DNA of 61,138 nt from Tannerellaceae bacterium (GCA_031284375.1 JAISZY010000025.1:1-61138); one strand, 5' to 3'; numbered from the stretch's first letter, positions 29,075 to 40,001 are shown. The notes: generated by a model from the sequence alone, not told the origin. Program-made: numbers and translations.

Positions 29075-31939
29075 TTATCCGCCAAATCTACGACCGCCGC
29101 CACCGGGAGGAGGTCCTCCGGGACCGCCCGGACCCCGGCCTCGCATGGCATCCGACCGCGTGGCGCCTCCCTTAAAGATGCTGAAGCGGTAGATGAAGTG
29201 TACCATAAAATAGCTGTTCAACGTATTATATTCCGAATCGGTATAACCGGTTGCCGTTACGTTTCGGGATATGTTACTGCGCTGTTGCAAAATATCGTAT
29301 ATCTTGAAACGTAGCGTGGCTTGATTTCCCTTCAAAAACGACTTGGAGGCCGAAGCGTTCCACATCACTTCCTTTTGCTGGAATCCGCTGGAATAACCGG
29401 AATTGGTGGAGTACATGATGTCGCTCTCCAACTTGAACGAAAGGGGAAGGTAGACGGTGGTCGAGCCGCCCACGCCATAATTGAATGTATTCTGATTATT
29501 GTCCGGCTGCAAGGAATACTGACTGTTGTTGTAACGTATATTGCCGTTTATACCCAAATCTATCACGTCCGAACGGTAATTGATGCCCCCGGCTTCCATC
29601 AGCACAAGGTTGCGGTTGGTACTTTTTTCGTTGTCGATAAACGCATTGCTGTTGTTGTAAGACGCCATCGTCATGGAATTAATCGTAAACTTTTTGTTCC
29701 GGAGCGGCGTATTCATCATAAAACGGAGGTTGCCGCTATAATTGCCGTTCACGTTCCGGTAGGTTGTTCGCCGTATACCGGCCGAGATGTTGGTCACGTC
29801 GGAAACGATATCATTTAATGTATAGTCGCCGTTGAACATCAGCATAAAGGCCGTTTGCTGTTCGGGGATAAATCGCTGAAAACGGACAGAGAGGTCGTTG
29901 GTGTAACGCGGCGACAAATCCGGATTCCCTATCACCGTATTATTCGGATTCGAGACATCGGCCACGGGTTGCAACTGCGTCATACTCGGCTCACGGGTGC
30001 GGCCGTTGTAATCTACCCGCAGATTACTCTGCCGGTTGAACATGTAATTAAATTGCGCCATGGGCGAAAGGTTTATCACCGAACGGGAGAGTTCGGAAAG
30101 GACTTCATCGCCCACAAAGTTTTCGCTTTTGCTGTGCGAAGGGTCTAAGTTCATCCCCAAGGTGTAATTATATTTGGCTCGCTGCGCCTTGAAGCTCAGG
30201 CTGGCCCGCTGACTGGTAAAGTCGTTGCGGTAACTCTTGCTGTATGCCGTATCGAGCAGGATGTACTCTCCCGAGCCGTCGGGCGAATAGGTATACTTCA
30301 AAGCCTCCTGCCGCTGACGGTTATAGCGGTACGTGGCCTGGAGAAAGTTGTTCCTTCCAAGCGGTTCTACCCACGATACATAAGCCCGGTAATTGTATCC
30401 GCTATTCTTGTATTGATATTGCTGGTCGATGAGGAGATCGCGATAAGCGTTTTCTTCTCCATAATAATGCGTGTTGGAATAGTTCACTCCGTCTTCGTCG
30501 GATACATTATATCCTCCGGAGAAAGAGGCGCTCAGGACACGTCCTTTGGAATTCAGTTTGCGACTCACTTCCAAGGTTGCGTTCAGATTATACCCTGTGC
30601 CGTCGGACGAACTGCGTGCGCCGCCTACATTCAGCGTATCCCTCGGCCCCGTGTGCGCGGCGTCGTAGCCTTGCAGGGTGGCGTAATCGCCCATTTCCCA
30701 ACTGTGGCTTTCGCTATACGAGAAGTTGGGGCGGAAGATAAATTGGGTGAGCGTATCCGGTTTCCATTCCAGGCGGAGGTTGGCGCCGATGTTGTTGTTC
30801 ACCCGGTTGCGCACATCCAGTTCGTTGGTATATTGGGTTGTATCTCCGCGCAGGAGGCGCTGTTCGAAGCTTTTGTTGGTGGCATCGTTTTCGGAATGAG
30901 AGTATCGGCCGTTTCCGTTCAGGGTAAGTTTTCCGGCTATATCTTTGCCGAAATTCAATCCCGTATTTCCCGAAGAGGTAATGCCGCTGCCTCCGCCCAT
31001 GAAGCGGAATCCTCCCGCGCCCCCGCCTCCGCCTTGAAACATGGTAGAGGCTAAGTCGGAGAATCCCATATTGTTGGTATTATTCAGTCCACCCATCAGG
31101 GTGATTTGGTCGTTGTTGATAAAACGGTTTACCATTGCATTTCCTTCATACCGGTCTTTGCTGCCGTATCCGGCAAAGGCGTTTCCGAACCACCCTTGTT
31201 TCATACCGGGCTTGACGGTAAGATTGATGATGGTTTCTTCTTCTCCGTCGTCGAAGCCCGTCATGCGTGTCATATCACTTTTGCGGTCTACTACTTGGAG
31301 TTTTTCTATCATATCGGCAGGCAGGTTTTTGGAGGCCACGTTAGGATCGTCGGAGAAAAACTCTTTGCCATCTACCATGATTTTCTTCACCTGTTTGCCG
31401 TTCACCGTGATAGAGCCTTCGCTGCTCACTTCTACGCCGGGCATCTTTTTGAGTAAATCTTCCAATACAGATCCTTCCGTTACTTTATACGAATCGGCAT
31501 TATACTCGATAGTATCGTTTCTTACCACCACTTCGGGCGCTTTTCCTATCACTACGGCTTCGCCTAATTCAAAGGCGCCAACGCCGAGTTCTATCTCTCC
31601 CACATCGACGGGATTGGTTCTTCCCGTTATCTGCAAGGGCTGATAATAGGGTTCAAAACCCACAAAAGAAACAGCCAGCAAATACGTTCCGGCGCCTATC
31701 TCCTTGATAGAAAAAGCCCCGTTCCGACTTGTTACCACTCCATTAATCAACGTGCTATCCGTTACGTTCAACAGTCGGATTGTAGCTTGTTCCACAGGAA
31801 CTTTGGTTCCCTCTTCCAGCACGATTCCCTTCACCTCCACACTTGCTCTTCTTCCTTGATTTCCCCTTTGAGCCGACACGCAAACGGATGTCATCAAACA
31901 TGCACAGATAAGTAGCAAAAAGTTTGTTTTCAATTGCAT
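29075..31939 (-). CDS. TonB-dependent-receptor-like outer-membrane beta-barrel with N-terminal carboxypeptidase-regulatory-like domain
   Basis: DTIEYNA, LEDLLKKMPGVEV, VDGKEFF, KNLPA and YFMVHFIYRF motifs; Gly/Pro tail. Likely start MQLKTN at 31939. Confidence 0.85.
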   Translation of the reverse strand: MQLKTNFLLLICACLMTSVCVSAQRGNQGRRASVEVKGIVLEEGTKVPVEQATIRLLNVTDSTLINGVVTSRNGAFSIKEIGAGTYLLAVSFVGFEPYYQPLQITGRTNPVDVGEIELGVGAFELGEAVVIGKAPEVVVRNDTIEYNADSYKVTEGSVLEDLLKKMPGVEVSSEGSITVNGKQVKKIMVDGKEFFSDDPNVASKNLPADMIEKLQVVDRKSDMTRMTGFDDGEEETIINLTVKPGMKQGWFGNAFAGYGSKDRYEGNAMVNRFINNDQITLMGGLNNTNNMGFSDLASTMFQGGGGGAGGFRFMGGGSGITSSGNTGLNFGKDIAGKLTLNGNGRYSHSENDATNKSFEQRLLRGDTTQYTNELDVRNRVNNNIGANLRLEWKPDTLTQFIFRPNFSYSESHSWEMGDYATLQGYDAAHTGPRDTLNVGGARSSSDGTGYNLNATLEVSRKLNSKGRVLSASFSGGYNVSDEDGVNYSNTHYYGEENAYRDLLIDQQYQYKNSGYNYRAYVSWVEPLGRNNFLQATYRYNRQRQEALKYTYSPDGSGEYILLDTAYSKSYRNDFTSQRASLSFKAQRAKYNYTLGMNLDPSHSKSENFVGDEVLSELSRSVINLSPMAQFNYMFNRQSNLRVDYNGRTREPSMTQLQPVADVSNPNNTVIGNPDLSPRYTNDLSVRFQRFIPEQQTAFMLMFNGDYTLNDIVSDVTNISAGIRRTTYRNVNGNYSGNLRFMMNTPLRNKKFTINSMTMASYNNSNAFIDNEKSTNRNLVLMEAGGINYRSDVIDLGINGNIRYNNSQYSLQPDNNQNTFNYGVGGSTTVYLPLSFKLESDIMYSTNSGYSSGFQQKEVMWNASASKSFLKGNQATLRFKIYDILQQRSNISRNVTATGYTDSEYNTLNSYFMVHFIYRFSIFKGGATRSDAMRGRGPGGPGGPPPGGGGRRFGG

Positions 31940-32203
31940 AAAAGTTGATATTGTATTAAAAATTCTATAACGATAGACGCCCCGCCGAAGCATTGGTTTA
32001 AACCTTCCCTTTCAATTCGTCATTATTAACATATGATGTACGCCTTCTATCTCGCCATCCGGCGCGCGATAGAATCCCCGCCAAAGGTATAACGCCGCAG
32101 GTGCGGAAATAGAAAGCGTCGTATAAAACGGCAGAACCCGGTTTGTAGACCTATGGCATACAAACCTATCTGTGGTTTGATAGTAAAATATTTCTTCTCC
32201 TGC

Positions 32204-32515
32204 CGGGAGTATGTACTCCCGGCTGTTCTACGTTTATTATTCTATCGGAAGTATGTACTCCCTGCTGTTTTTTATTTATTGAGCTATCGGGAGTACGTAC
32301 TCCCTGCGATTTTTCATTTATTGAGCTATCGGGAGTATGTACTCCCTGCTGTTTTTTATTTATTGAACTACCGGGAGTATGTACTCCCCGGTGTTTTTTA
32401 TTTATTGAACTATCGGGAGTATGTACTTCCCGGCGTTTTTTATTTATTGAACTACCGGGAGTACATACTCCTTACGATATACTATTTATTTTACTATAAG
32501 AAGTATCTACTGCTG
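32204..32515. repeat. 42-bp tandem repeat, 7 units plus a partial, with palindromic core GGGAGTA-TG-TACTCCC
   Basis: Units start at 32204, 32246, 32288 and so on. The segments between cores are near-identical (TTTTTTATTTATTGA). Confidence 0.9.
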
Positions 32516-32775
32516 ATAGTAAAACATTTGTAATAGACAAGATACAAGAAGATGACGGGATTACTTCACTTCGTGCGCAAGGACAAGCTGCATGATTGTC
32601 GAGTGATTCATACAAGCAACGCCCCGCCATAAGAGAATAAGGGAAGAAATCGGCCGGGCTACTCCGGCTACGAAGAGAACCTTATAGAAATAAGGGTTTT
32701 CTATCCGGATAATCACATAATTCGTCCTTGATACATTTTGAAAATCTTCAGATACATGAAGAAGAAGAGAGTACG

Positions 32776-33486
32776 TCAAAGCGAGGGCAAGGTGTGATAG
32801 GTTTTCAATTCATTTCTAAGAACGAGCGCCTGATTGCCGGTCACTCTGTTCATAAGATTCCAAAAGCGTTCACCGTGGTTCATTTCTACGGTATGACATA
32901 ATTCATGCAGCAACACATAATCAATCAGATGGCCGGGAAGAAGCATAAGCGAGAGCGAGAGGTTGATGTTTCCACGGGTATTGCAAGAACCCCAGCGGCT
33001 TTTTGTTTTGCTTATCCTTACGTTGGCAAAAGAGAATCCATGCTGCTTAGCCAATATGTCGAGCCGCAACGGCAGGAGACGGTTCGCCTCATGACGAAGC
33101 GCTTTCTCCAGCAGATTTTTCAGAAGCTGTTGCGTCTTTTCCTCCTTAAAATCCGTAGCAAAAGGGCAAGCAATGTGGAGCATACCGTTGTTCAGATTCA
33201 TATAAAACCCCTTTCTGTCGGTGCGAAAGATGTGCAATCGAAATGTATGCGTCTGCATTTCGTTGGCCTCGTCCAAGACAAGACGAGGGGAGGAATAATT
33301 TTGCAGCATACGGAGGAGTTTTTTCCTTTCTTTGTTGATAAAAGCAAGCATATACGCTACCTTTCCGTTTTCGGGCATAACCGCAAGAATGGCTCCATTC
33401 CTTATCTTTAGCCAATAACGAACCGCCCTCGGACTTGTTCGAAGCGTGATATTCCCTAATTCTTTATCGTATAGTATTTTTTCCAT
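32776..33486 (-). CDS. YgjP/DUF45 (M48/SprT-like) zinc metallohydrolase
   Basis: KSRWGSC, IDYVLLHELCH and NHG.RFW motifs. Likely start MEKILY. Confidence 0.9.
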   Translation of the reverse strand: MEKILYDKELGNITLRTSPRAVRYWLKIRNGAILAVMPENGKVAYMLAFINKERKKLLRMLQNYSSPRLVLDEANEMQTHTFRLHIFRTDRKGFYMNLNNGMLHIACPFATDFKEEKTQQLLKNLLEKALRHEANRLLPLRLDILAKQHGFSFANVRISKTKSRWGSCNTRGNINLSLSLMLLPGHLIDYVLLHELCHTVEMNHGERFWNLMNRVTGNQALVLRNELKTYHTLPSL

Positions 33487-33630
33487 CACAAGCGCAAAAA
33501 TACAAAACACAGCCAGAATATTTCATCTTTTTATTTCCAATATACCGTTCCTCATAGATTATTTTGTATTTTTGCCTACCCGGAATTTACTCTTGGTAGT
33601 TATTTTATAGATAAAGAAATATTATTCGAT

Positions 33631-34752
33631 ATGAAAAAAGTTTTGTTCGTTTTTATAGTATTTATGATGACATTGCAGATCTCTTTTGCACAGGGAGGCA
33701 GAGTAGTTATCATTTATTTTCACAATGGGAGCGTTGTAAAAGGAATTCTGTCCAAACTGCCGAACGAAGAAAAATTTAGAATAGAAACCCCCAACAACGG
33801 TTTTATCCTATTTGGAAGTAGTGAAGTGAAAGATATTCTCTATGAAGACGGAACAAGACCGGGCGGCGCCACTCAGCCGCCGCGACCGCAGCCTCAGGTT
33901 CAGCCTCAGCCGCAGGCGCAACAACGGATGGAACAGTCCGCACAGCCCGGCAACAACCGGGCAACGCGTGTAGACCCGTCTCAAAAAGAGGCAGCAATAG
34001 AAGAAGAGGCGTATGAAGACGAATACATAGAGGACGACGATTTTATAGAGGACGACGATTATCTATCGGAAGAAGAATCGGACGAGTTTGCCGCACCCGC
34101 TCCGAAAACGGCAAAGGCATCCAAACAAGCCACACAAGTACCCACACAAGCTACATCGTTGGACTTTATTCCCGGATATCATGGCATTGCAGAATTCGGA
34201 TATACCGTCGGTATGGGAGATTCGATAGCATCCAACCGGATGGAGCTGACCATTACGCAAGGTTATCAGTTTACACCCTCGCTTTTTGTAGGCTTCGGCT
34301 TTGGCGTACATCTTTATTCCGACAGTGTCTTACTGGGTAGAATTGTAGATATCAACGGCGCAAAGGATGAGGTGAACGCTAAACTATCCTACGCCTTTCC
34401 CGTTTTTATAGACGTTAGATACAACATTCTGAAGAATAGAAAGATTATTCCTTATGCCGATTTAAAGTTGGGATACACCATCGGACTTCTTAATACGTAC
34501 TCCACCAGATTGGATGATTCTACCGGACAACAACTAAAACGTACGGAAACCAGCGGGGAAGCTCTTGGGCTTTTTGCCGTACCGTCTTTGGGCGTAAAGT
34601 TTATGCTGGGGCGTTCGTTGGCCTTCCATTTAAGTGCAGGCTATTCCATGCAAGTATACCGAGACGACAGGTTTGGTTCCAACGGATCCACAATTGTCAA
34701 GACCACCGATACGATGGGAGGCGTCACCCTCCGGGCCGGGTTGGAGTTTTAA
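33631..34752 (+). CDS. Outer-membrane beta-barrel protein with small N-terminal domain and acidic linker
   Basis: Signal peptide, NGSVVKG N-domain, PQ and D/E-rich linker, GY.G..E.GY barrel start, terminal GLEF. Confidence 0.75.
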   Translation: MKKVLFVFIVFMMTLQISFAQGGRVVIIYFHNGSVVKGILSKLPNEEKFRIETPNNGFILFGSSEVKDILYEDGTRPGGATQPPRPQPQVQPQPQAQQRMEQSAQPGNNRATRVDPSQKEAAIEEEAYEDEYIEDDDFIEDDDYLSEEESDEFAAPAPKTAKASKQATQVPTQATSLDFIPGYHGIAEFGYTVGMGDSIASNRMELTITQGYQFTPSLFVGFGFGVHLYSDSVLLGRIVDINGAKDEVNAKLSYAFPVFIDVRYNILKNRKIIPYADLKLGYTIGLLNTYSTRLDDSTGQQLKRTETSGEALGLFAVPSLGVKFMLGRSLAFHLSAGYSMQVYRDDRFGSNGSTIVKTTDTMGGVTLRAGLEF

Positions 34753-34756
34753 GATT

Positions 34757-37219
34757 CTACACCGGGTCTACATCGTAATGCACCCACAATTGTTTGAAGA
34801 GCGGATTACTCAGCATTTCGGCATGCACATTTTCTATCATTTCCCTAACGGGAGCAATAGCGGCAGTTGTTTCTATTTTCAGCAGAATTTTTCTTATATG
34901 TAAGGCGTGGATACGTGTAATGGGCGGCGTTATGGGGCCGGCTACACGTTCGCCCAACAAGGCGCGCAACTTATCGGCATACAGTACGGAAACCTCTTGC
35001 AGCGCTTCTTCCTGTTTGCAACGAAGCACAAAAACAATCAAACGATAATAAGGAGGGTAGCGAAACAAGCTTCGCTCGTTAAGCTGAAGATTAACCATCT
35101 CTTCGTAGGCAGAGGTTTGTATCATACGGATGAGGGGATGTTCGGTTTGGGATGTTTGCAGAACAACCACGCCGCGTTTATCCCTGCGTCCGGCCCGTCC
35201 GCTTACCTGCGCCATGAGTTGATAGGCACGTTCGTGAGCGCGGAAATCAGGAAAATTCATCAAGCTATCGGCATTAAGAATACCTACTACCGTAACGTTT
35301 CCAAAATCCAATCCCTTGGAAAGCATTTGTGTGCCAATCAATATCTGCGTCTTCCCTTTTTCAAAATCGGAGATAATACGTTCGTAAGCGGTACGGGTGC
35401 GAGCCGAATCGAAATCCAACCGCTTTATCTGACTCGAAGGAAAAAGCGTCTCCACTTCTTCCTCTATTTTCTCTGTTCCGAAACCAAGCATTTTCAAATC
35501 CCTACTTCCGCATTGAGGGCATTGCAAGGGAAGCGGTTCGGTATAGCCGCAATAGTGACACACCAAACAGTTATGGCTTTTATGATACGTCATACTCACA
35601 TCGCAGTCCATACAATGAGGCGTCCAACAGCAACTTCTGCACTCTATCACCGGAGCAAAGCCTCGACGGTTTTGGAATAAAATGATTTGTTCGCCCTTCG
35701 CTAAAGCTTCCTTCATTTTTTGCATCAAAAGAGGAGAGAAAAGAGTGTTTTTCATAATTTTCTTCCGCTTCAATTCTTTGATGTCCATCGGCAGAATTTC
35801 CGGCATCAGGCAATCGTTGTAACGAGTTGTGAGTTTTACCAAACCATATTTTCCGGTCAATGCATTGTAATAAGAGTCGATAGAAGGAGTGGCGGAAGCC
35901 AATAACGTTTTCCCTCCATGCATATTAGCCAGTATGATTGCCGCGTTTCTGGCATGATAGCGAGGGGCGGGGTCTTGTTGTTTGTAGGAATTTTCGTGTT
36001 CTTCATCCACGATAATCAGACCCAAATCTTTGAAAGGGAGAAACAGGGCGGAACGAGTTCCCAAGATAAGCATAGGTGAACCTCCCTGTAGAAGTCTGTT
36101 CCATACCTCTACCCGCTCGTTGTCCGAAAATCCGGAATGGTATACCAGCAATTTGTCGCCAAACAATTTAGCCAGCCGTTCCGTTATTTGTGTTGTAATG
36201 GCTATTTCGGGCAAGAGATACAATACCTGCCTTCCGTTTTGCAATACATCGTTTACCAAATGCGTATGAATCTCTGTTTTCCCACTCGATGTAACGCCAT
36301 ACAACAGACACACATCTTTGGTTTTAAAGAGTTCGAGCGCCTCGTTATACGCTTTTGTTTGCGCCTCACTCAGCGGGTTGAGCGGCCGTATCCGGCTAAC
36401 GGGAACCTGCAAACGTCCTACCTCTTTCTCGTAGCGTTCCAACACACCGCGCTTCAACAGCCCGTCCAATACGGAAGGAGCACATCCGCTATGTTCCAGC
36501 AATTCTTTTGCGGAAATCTCTTTCAGCAGTTGCGGATTCAATGCACGGCTCAGATCCAAGTAGCATATCAGCAGGGTTTCCTGTTTCGGCGCCCGTTTTA
36601 ATTCGGCGAAAGCCTCTTGCAGTTTTGTTTCTACACGATAAGGCATCGCCAGACGAATAAAAGCCTGCATTTTGGGGGTGTATCCTTTCTTCAATTCCTC
36701 GCTCACTTCTACGGCGCCTCTCGCCAACAAAGAAGCTACCACAGGAACAACATTGCGCAAACCTGTACTTTTTTCTAATTCCGAAAGCGTTAGCTTTTGC
36801 TTTGCCCCAAAGGCATCAAGTACAGATTGCTCGCTGGGACGCAGAGGAAGTGTTGCTTCAAAATCTTCATTATAAACGACCAACGTTTCACTTTCCAATT
36901 TCAGGCCCGAAGGGAGAGCCGCTTTATACACATCTCCCAACTTGCACAAATAATAAGAAGAGATCCATTCCCAAAAACGAAGTTGAGGGCGACGAAGGAT
37001 AGGCACAGCATCGAGAAGAGCGTATATTTCTTTGATTTCACGGGTCTGCACAAACTCCCGTTCGTGTATGTGTGAAACAATAGCCGTGTAATACCGCTTT
37101 TTCCCAAAATGCACAAGTACCCTACAACCGGGGTGTACGGCCTTCTCCAGGTCAGAAGGAATACAATAAGTATATATATTCTCTAACGGAAGCGGAAGTA
37201 TGACATCTACGTACTTCAA
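34757..37219 (-). CDS. priA: Primosomal protein N' (replication restart helicase)
   Basis: GVTSSGKTE, DEEH, QNRRG, Cys clusters, GTQMLSKGLDF, QVSGRAGR and terminal DVDP; TTG start. Confidence 0.97.
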   Translation of the reverse strand: MKYVDVILPLPLENIYTYCIPSDLEKAVHPGCRVLVHFGKKRYYTAIVSHIHEREFVQTREIKEIYALLDAVPILRRPQLRFWEWISSYYLCKLGDVYKAALPSGLKLESETLVVYNEDFEATLPLRPSEQSVLDAFGAKQKLTLSELEKSTGLRNVVPVVASLLARGAVEVSEELKKGYTPKMQAFIRLAMPYRVETKLQEAFAELKRAPKQETLLICYLDLSRALNPQLLKEISAKELLEHSGCAPSVLDGLLKRGVLERYEKEVGRLQVPVSRIRPLNPLSEAQTKAYNEALELFKTKDVCLLYGVTSSGKTEIHTHLVNDVLQNGRQVLYLLPEIAITTQITERLAKLFGDKLLVYHSGFSDNERVEVWNRLLQGGSPMLILGTRSALFLPFKDLGLIIVDEEHENSYKQQDPAPRYHARNAAIILANMHGGKTLLASATPSIDSYYNALTGKYGLVKLTTRYNDCLMPEILPMDIKELKRKKIMKNTLFSPLLMQKMKEALAKGEQIILFQNRRGFAPVIECRSCCWTPHCMDCDVSMTYHKSHNCLVCHYCGYTEPLPLQCPQCGSRDLKMLGFGTEKIEEEVETLFPSSQIKRLDFDSARTRTAYERIISDFEKGKTQILIGTQMLSKGLDFGNVTVVGILNADSLMNFPDFRAHERAYQLMAQVSGRAGRRDKRGVVVLQTSQTEHPLIRMIQTSAYEEMVNLQLNERSLFRYPPYYRLIVFVLRCKQEEALQEVSVLYADKLRALLGERVAGPITPPITRIHALHIRKILLKIETTAAIAPVREMIENVHAEMLSNPLFKQLWVHYDVDPV

Positions 37220-37810
37220 TCAGAACAACAATGCCGCTGTAACAGACATCAGATTGGATTTACCGTTAGCGATATCGCCGACTTTGTTTACGCTGTAATC
37301 ATTCGTGAGACCTAAACCATAAGTAAATCCCACTTGCAATGAGCCAAACACCTCTACACCGGCGCCAAAATTTAATCCGGCGGCAAACGTTTTATTTTCT
37401 ACTTGCATCTGAAGATTGCCGGGAATCTTCCATACATCCGCCCCGCTTACACAGAAACTCGCATACGGTCCGGCGCTCAAATATCCTTTTATTAGCGGAA
37501 TGCCTATCTTCCATTTAAGGTTTACCGGAATATCGATATAATCTGTCGAAATATTCTCCCTCTGTGTATATAATCCTTTTTGAGAATACAGTATGGCCGC
37601 ATCAAATCCGATACCTGTATAAGGTATCATCAGTTCGACTAATGGCCCAATATGAAATCCGGTCACATTTTCGGCATTCAAGAAATCCTCACTAAATTTG
37701 ACGGACGAGATGTTTAATCCGCCTTTTATTCCAAAATGAAGTTGAGCCTGGGCAGACACAGCAACCATTATCAACATAACCCCAATAAAAACTTTCTTAC
37801 TTTTTTTCAT
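37220..37810 (-). CDS. Outer-membrane beta-barrel (porin family) protein
   Basis: FGIKGGLN, YSQKG, YIDIPVNLK, terminal Phe. Confidence 0.8.
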   Translation of the reverse strand: MKKSKKVFIGVMLIMVAVSAQAQLHFGIKGGLNISSVKFSEDFLNAENVTGFHIGPLVELMIPYTGIGFDAAILYSQKGLYTQRENISTDYIDIPVNLKWKIGIPLIKGYLSAGPYASFCVSGADVWKIPGNLQMQVENKTFAAGLNFGAGVEVFGSLQVGFTYGLGLTNDYSVNKVGDIANGKSNLMSVTAALLF

Positions 37811-38051
37811 ACGACCTTAAATTATTGTTATACATAAATACGCGCACAAAATAATCACATTTCCGGGAATTTGCCAAAAATTTATCCCTATTTACCGGGC
37901 AAATACATCTTTTTCCTTTACGGCACAGATAGCAAGTATTCAAACGAAAAAAGAGGATTAATCGCGAAAGATGGCTTTTTATCTGCCTGATTCCATAAGC
38001 GATTCGTCGGTTAATTTTCAATACCTTTGTGGAATCTAACAATTATATAGT

Positions 38052-38894
38052 ATGAAATCATTAAATGAAACTTTTAAAACGAACAATGGAATTGAAATCC
38101 CTTGTATCGGATTCGGCACCTGGCAAACACCCGAAGGGCCGCTTGCCGTTAATGCCGTAAAATATGCGATTAAAGCCGGTTACCGACACATCGATACGGC
38201 TGATATATATCAGAACGAAGAAAGTGTAGGACAAGGCATTGCCCAATCGGGCATAAAGCGAAGCGACCTGTTTATTACCACCAAATTATGGAACTCGAAG
38301 CGAGGATACGAATCTACTTTGAAAGCTTTCGACCAAAGCCTCCGGAAACTGAAACTCGAATACGTTGATTTATACCTGATACATTGGCCTGCCAATAAAG
38401 CCGGTTGGGAAAAGATAAATGCCGATACCTGGCGGGCTTTCGAAACATTGTACAAAGACGGACGGGTAAGAACCATCGGAGTGAGTAATTTCCTCGCCCA
38501 CCATATCGAATCCTTGCTGCATACGGCCGAAATACTGCCGTCGGTCGATCAGATAGAGTTTCATCCGGGCTATATGCAAGCCGATACCTTAGCTTTCTGT
38601 AAAGCGCATCACATGATAGTGGAAGCTTGGAGTCCGTTGGGTTCGGGACGTTTGTTGGAAAATCTGCAACTAAAAGAAATCGCCGGACGTTATGCCGTTT
38701 CCGTCGCCCAATTGTGCATCCGTTGGTGTCTGCAAAACGAAACCTTGCCTTTGCCTAAATCCGTCACTCCACAACGCATCCTCGAAAATGCGGATGTGTT
38801 CAACTTCACCCTTTCCGATGCAGATATGCAGACGATCAACGGCCTGCCCTATATCGGCGGATCGGGCTTACATCCGGACAAAATTGATTTTTAA
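38052..38894 (+). CDS. Aldo/keto reductase
   Basis: GFGTW, GYRHIDTA..Y, TTKLW, DLYLIHWP, IGVSNF and LPKS motifs. Confidence 0.95.
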   Translation: MKSLNETFKTNNGIEIPCIGFGTWQTPEGPLAVNAVKYAIKAGYRHIDTADIYQNEESVGQGIAQSGIKRSDLFITTKLWNSKRGYESTLKAFDQSLRKLKLEYVDLYLIHWPANKAGWEKINADTWRAFETLYKDGRVRTIGVSNFLAHHIESLLHTAEILPSVDQIEFHPGYMQADTLAFCKAHHMIVEAWSPLGSGRLLENLQLKEIAGRYAVSVAQLCIRWCLQNETLPLPKSVTPQRILENADVFNFTLSDADMQTINGLPYIGGSGLHPDKIDF

Positions 38895-38906
38895 ATCCTC
38901 TTGATT

Positions 38907-40001
38907 ATGATAACCCCCATCAAACAAAAAGATACAGACGCAATCTTGAAAAATGTAAAGGACACCTCCGAATTCAAAATCGGAGGTTGCGTCTGCGTAT
39001 GTAATGGAGAAACGTGCGAATGTAACTGCAACTGTAACTGTACGTACAAAAATCCGGAAAAACCGGAGGATAAGCGTGCGTTGAAATTTGTTTTGTCTGT
39101 TCTCGTCTTTATCGCTCTTCTCCAGGGAAACCGGGCTATGGCTCAAAGCCCCAACGAACAGCTTGTGATGAGCTTCGAGATAGGATACTCGCAAGTTTCC
39201 GTGCTTTCCGAAGAACAACGCTCCGGCCGGATCGACGCTCTGACGGGAGCCACGCCTCAGATGATTAAATCCTATCTTCCCGACAGCGTTTATCCCAGCG
39301 CCGTCAATGCCTTTCTGGTGCGAACACCGGATAAAAACATACTGATAGACGCCGGCTACGGACGCAAACTGTTCGACCATATTCAGTCGCTCGACCTTGC
39401 AACGGAAGATATACATATCATCCTGCTTACTCACATGCACGGCGACCATATCGGTGGATTGTTGCGCAACGAAGCGATAGCCTTCCCCAAAGCCGAGCTT
39501 TATCTGTCGCAGCCGGAATACGATTACTGGATGAGCGACCAGGCCATGCAGGCCTCGCCCGACCGGCGCAATGGCTTCCTCCAAGCGCGTAAGGTGATTG
39601 CCGCCTACAAAGACAAACTGCATCTGTTTACTCCCGAAGCCGAACCGGCCGCCGAACCCCCAACGAACACTCTGCTGCCCGGCATTCGAGGCATTGCCGC
39701 CTACGGACATACACCGGGACATACCGCCTATCTGTTCGAATCGGAAGGCTCGCGTTTGCTGATTTGGGGAGATGTAAACCATGCGATGCGCATCCAGATG
39801 CCTTGTCCCGACGTTACATACGCCCGCGACAGCAATCCGGCGCAGTCGGTTGAAACCCGCAAACGTATCTTAGCTTACGTGGCGGCAAAAAATATCCCCA
39901 TAGCCGGGATGCACATTGCTTTTCCCGGCATAGGGGATGTTATCTCAACAGGCAACGGGGCCTACGCCTTCGAACCCTACTGCCTCTGTCTTGGTTTCTA
40001 A
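38907..40001 (+). CDS. MBL-fold metallo-hydrolase with unusual Cys-rich N-terminal extension
   Basis: THMHGDHIGG, GHTPGH, WGD..H and GMH motifs. An internal signal-peptide-like stretch follows a GG-CVCVCNGETCECNCNCNC segment. Confidence 0.85.
   Translation: MITPIKQKDTDAILKNVKDTSEFKIGGCVCVCNGETCECNCNCNCTYKNPEKPEDKRALKFVLSVLVFIALLQGNRAMAQSPNEQLVMSFEIGYSQVSVLSEEQRSGRIDALTGATPQMIKSYLPDSVYPSAVNAFLVRTPDKNILIDAGYGRKLFDHIQSLDLATEDIHIILLTHMHGDHIGGLLRNEAIAFPKAELYLSQPEYDYWMSDQAMQASPDRRNGFLQARKVIAAYKDKLHLFTPEAEPAAEPPTNTLLPGIRGIAAYGHTPGHTAYLFESEGSRLLIWGDVNHAMRIQMPCPDVTYARDSNPAQSVETRKRILAYVAAKNIPIAGMHIAFPGIGDVISTGNGAYAFEPYCLCLGF

Noticed and set aside
32153-32533. CRISPR array, or the 126-aa YREYVLP-repeat ORF
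   Set aside because: Spacers are near-identical, no cas genes are present, and the ORF just follows the 42-bp period.
33880-34150. PQ and D/E-rich low-complexity tract as a separate element
   Set aside because: An in-frame linker of the outer-membrane protein.
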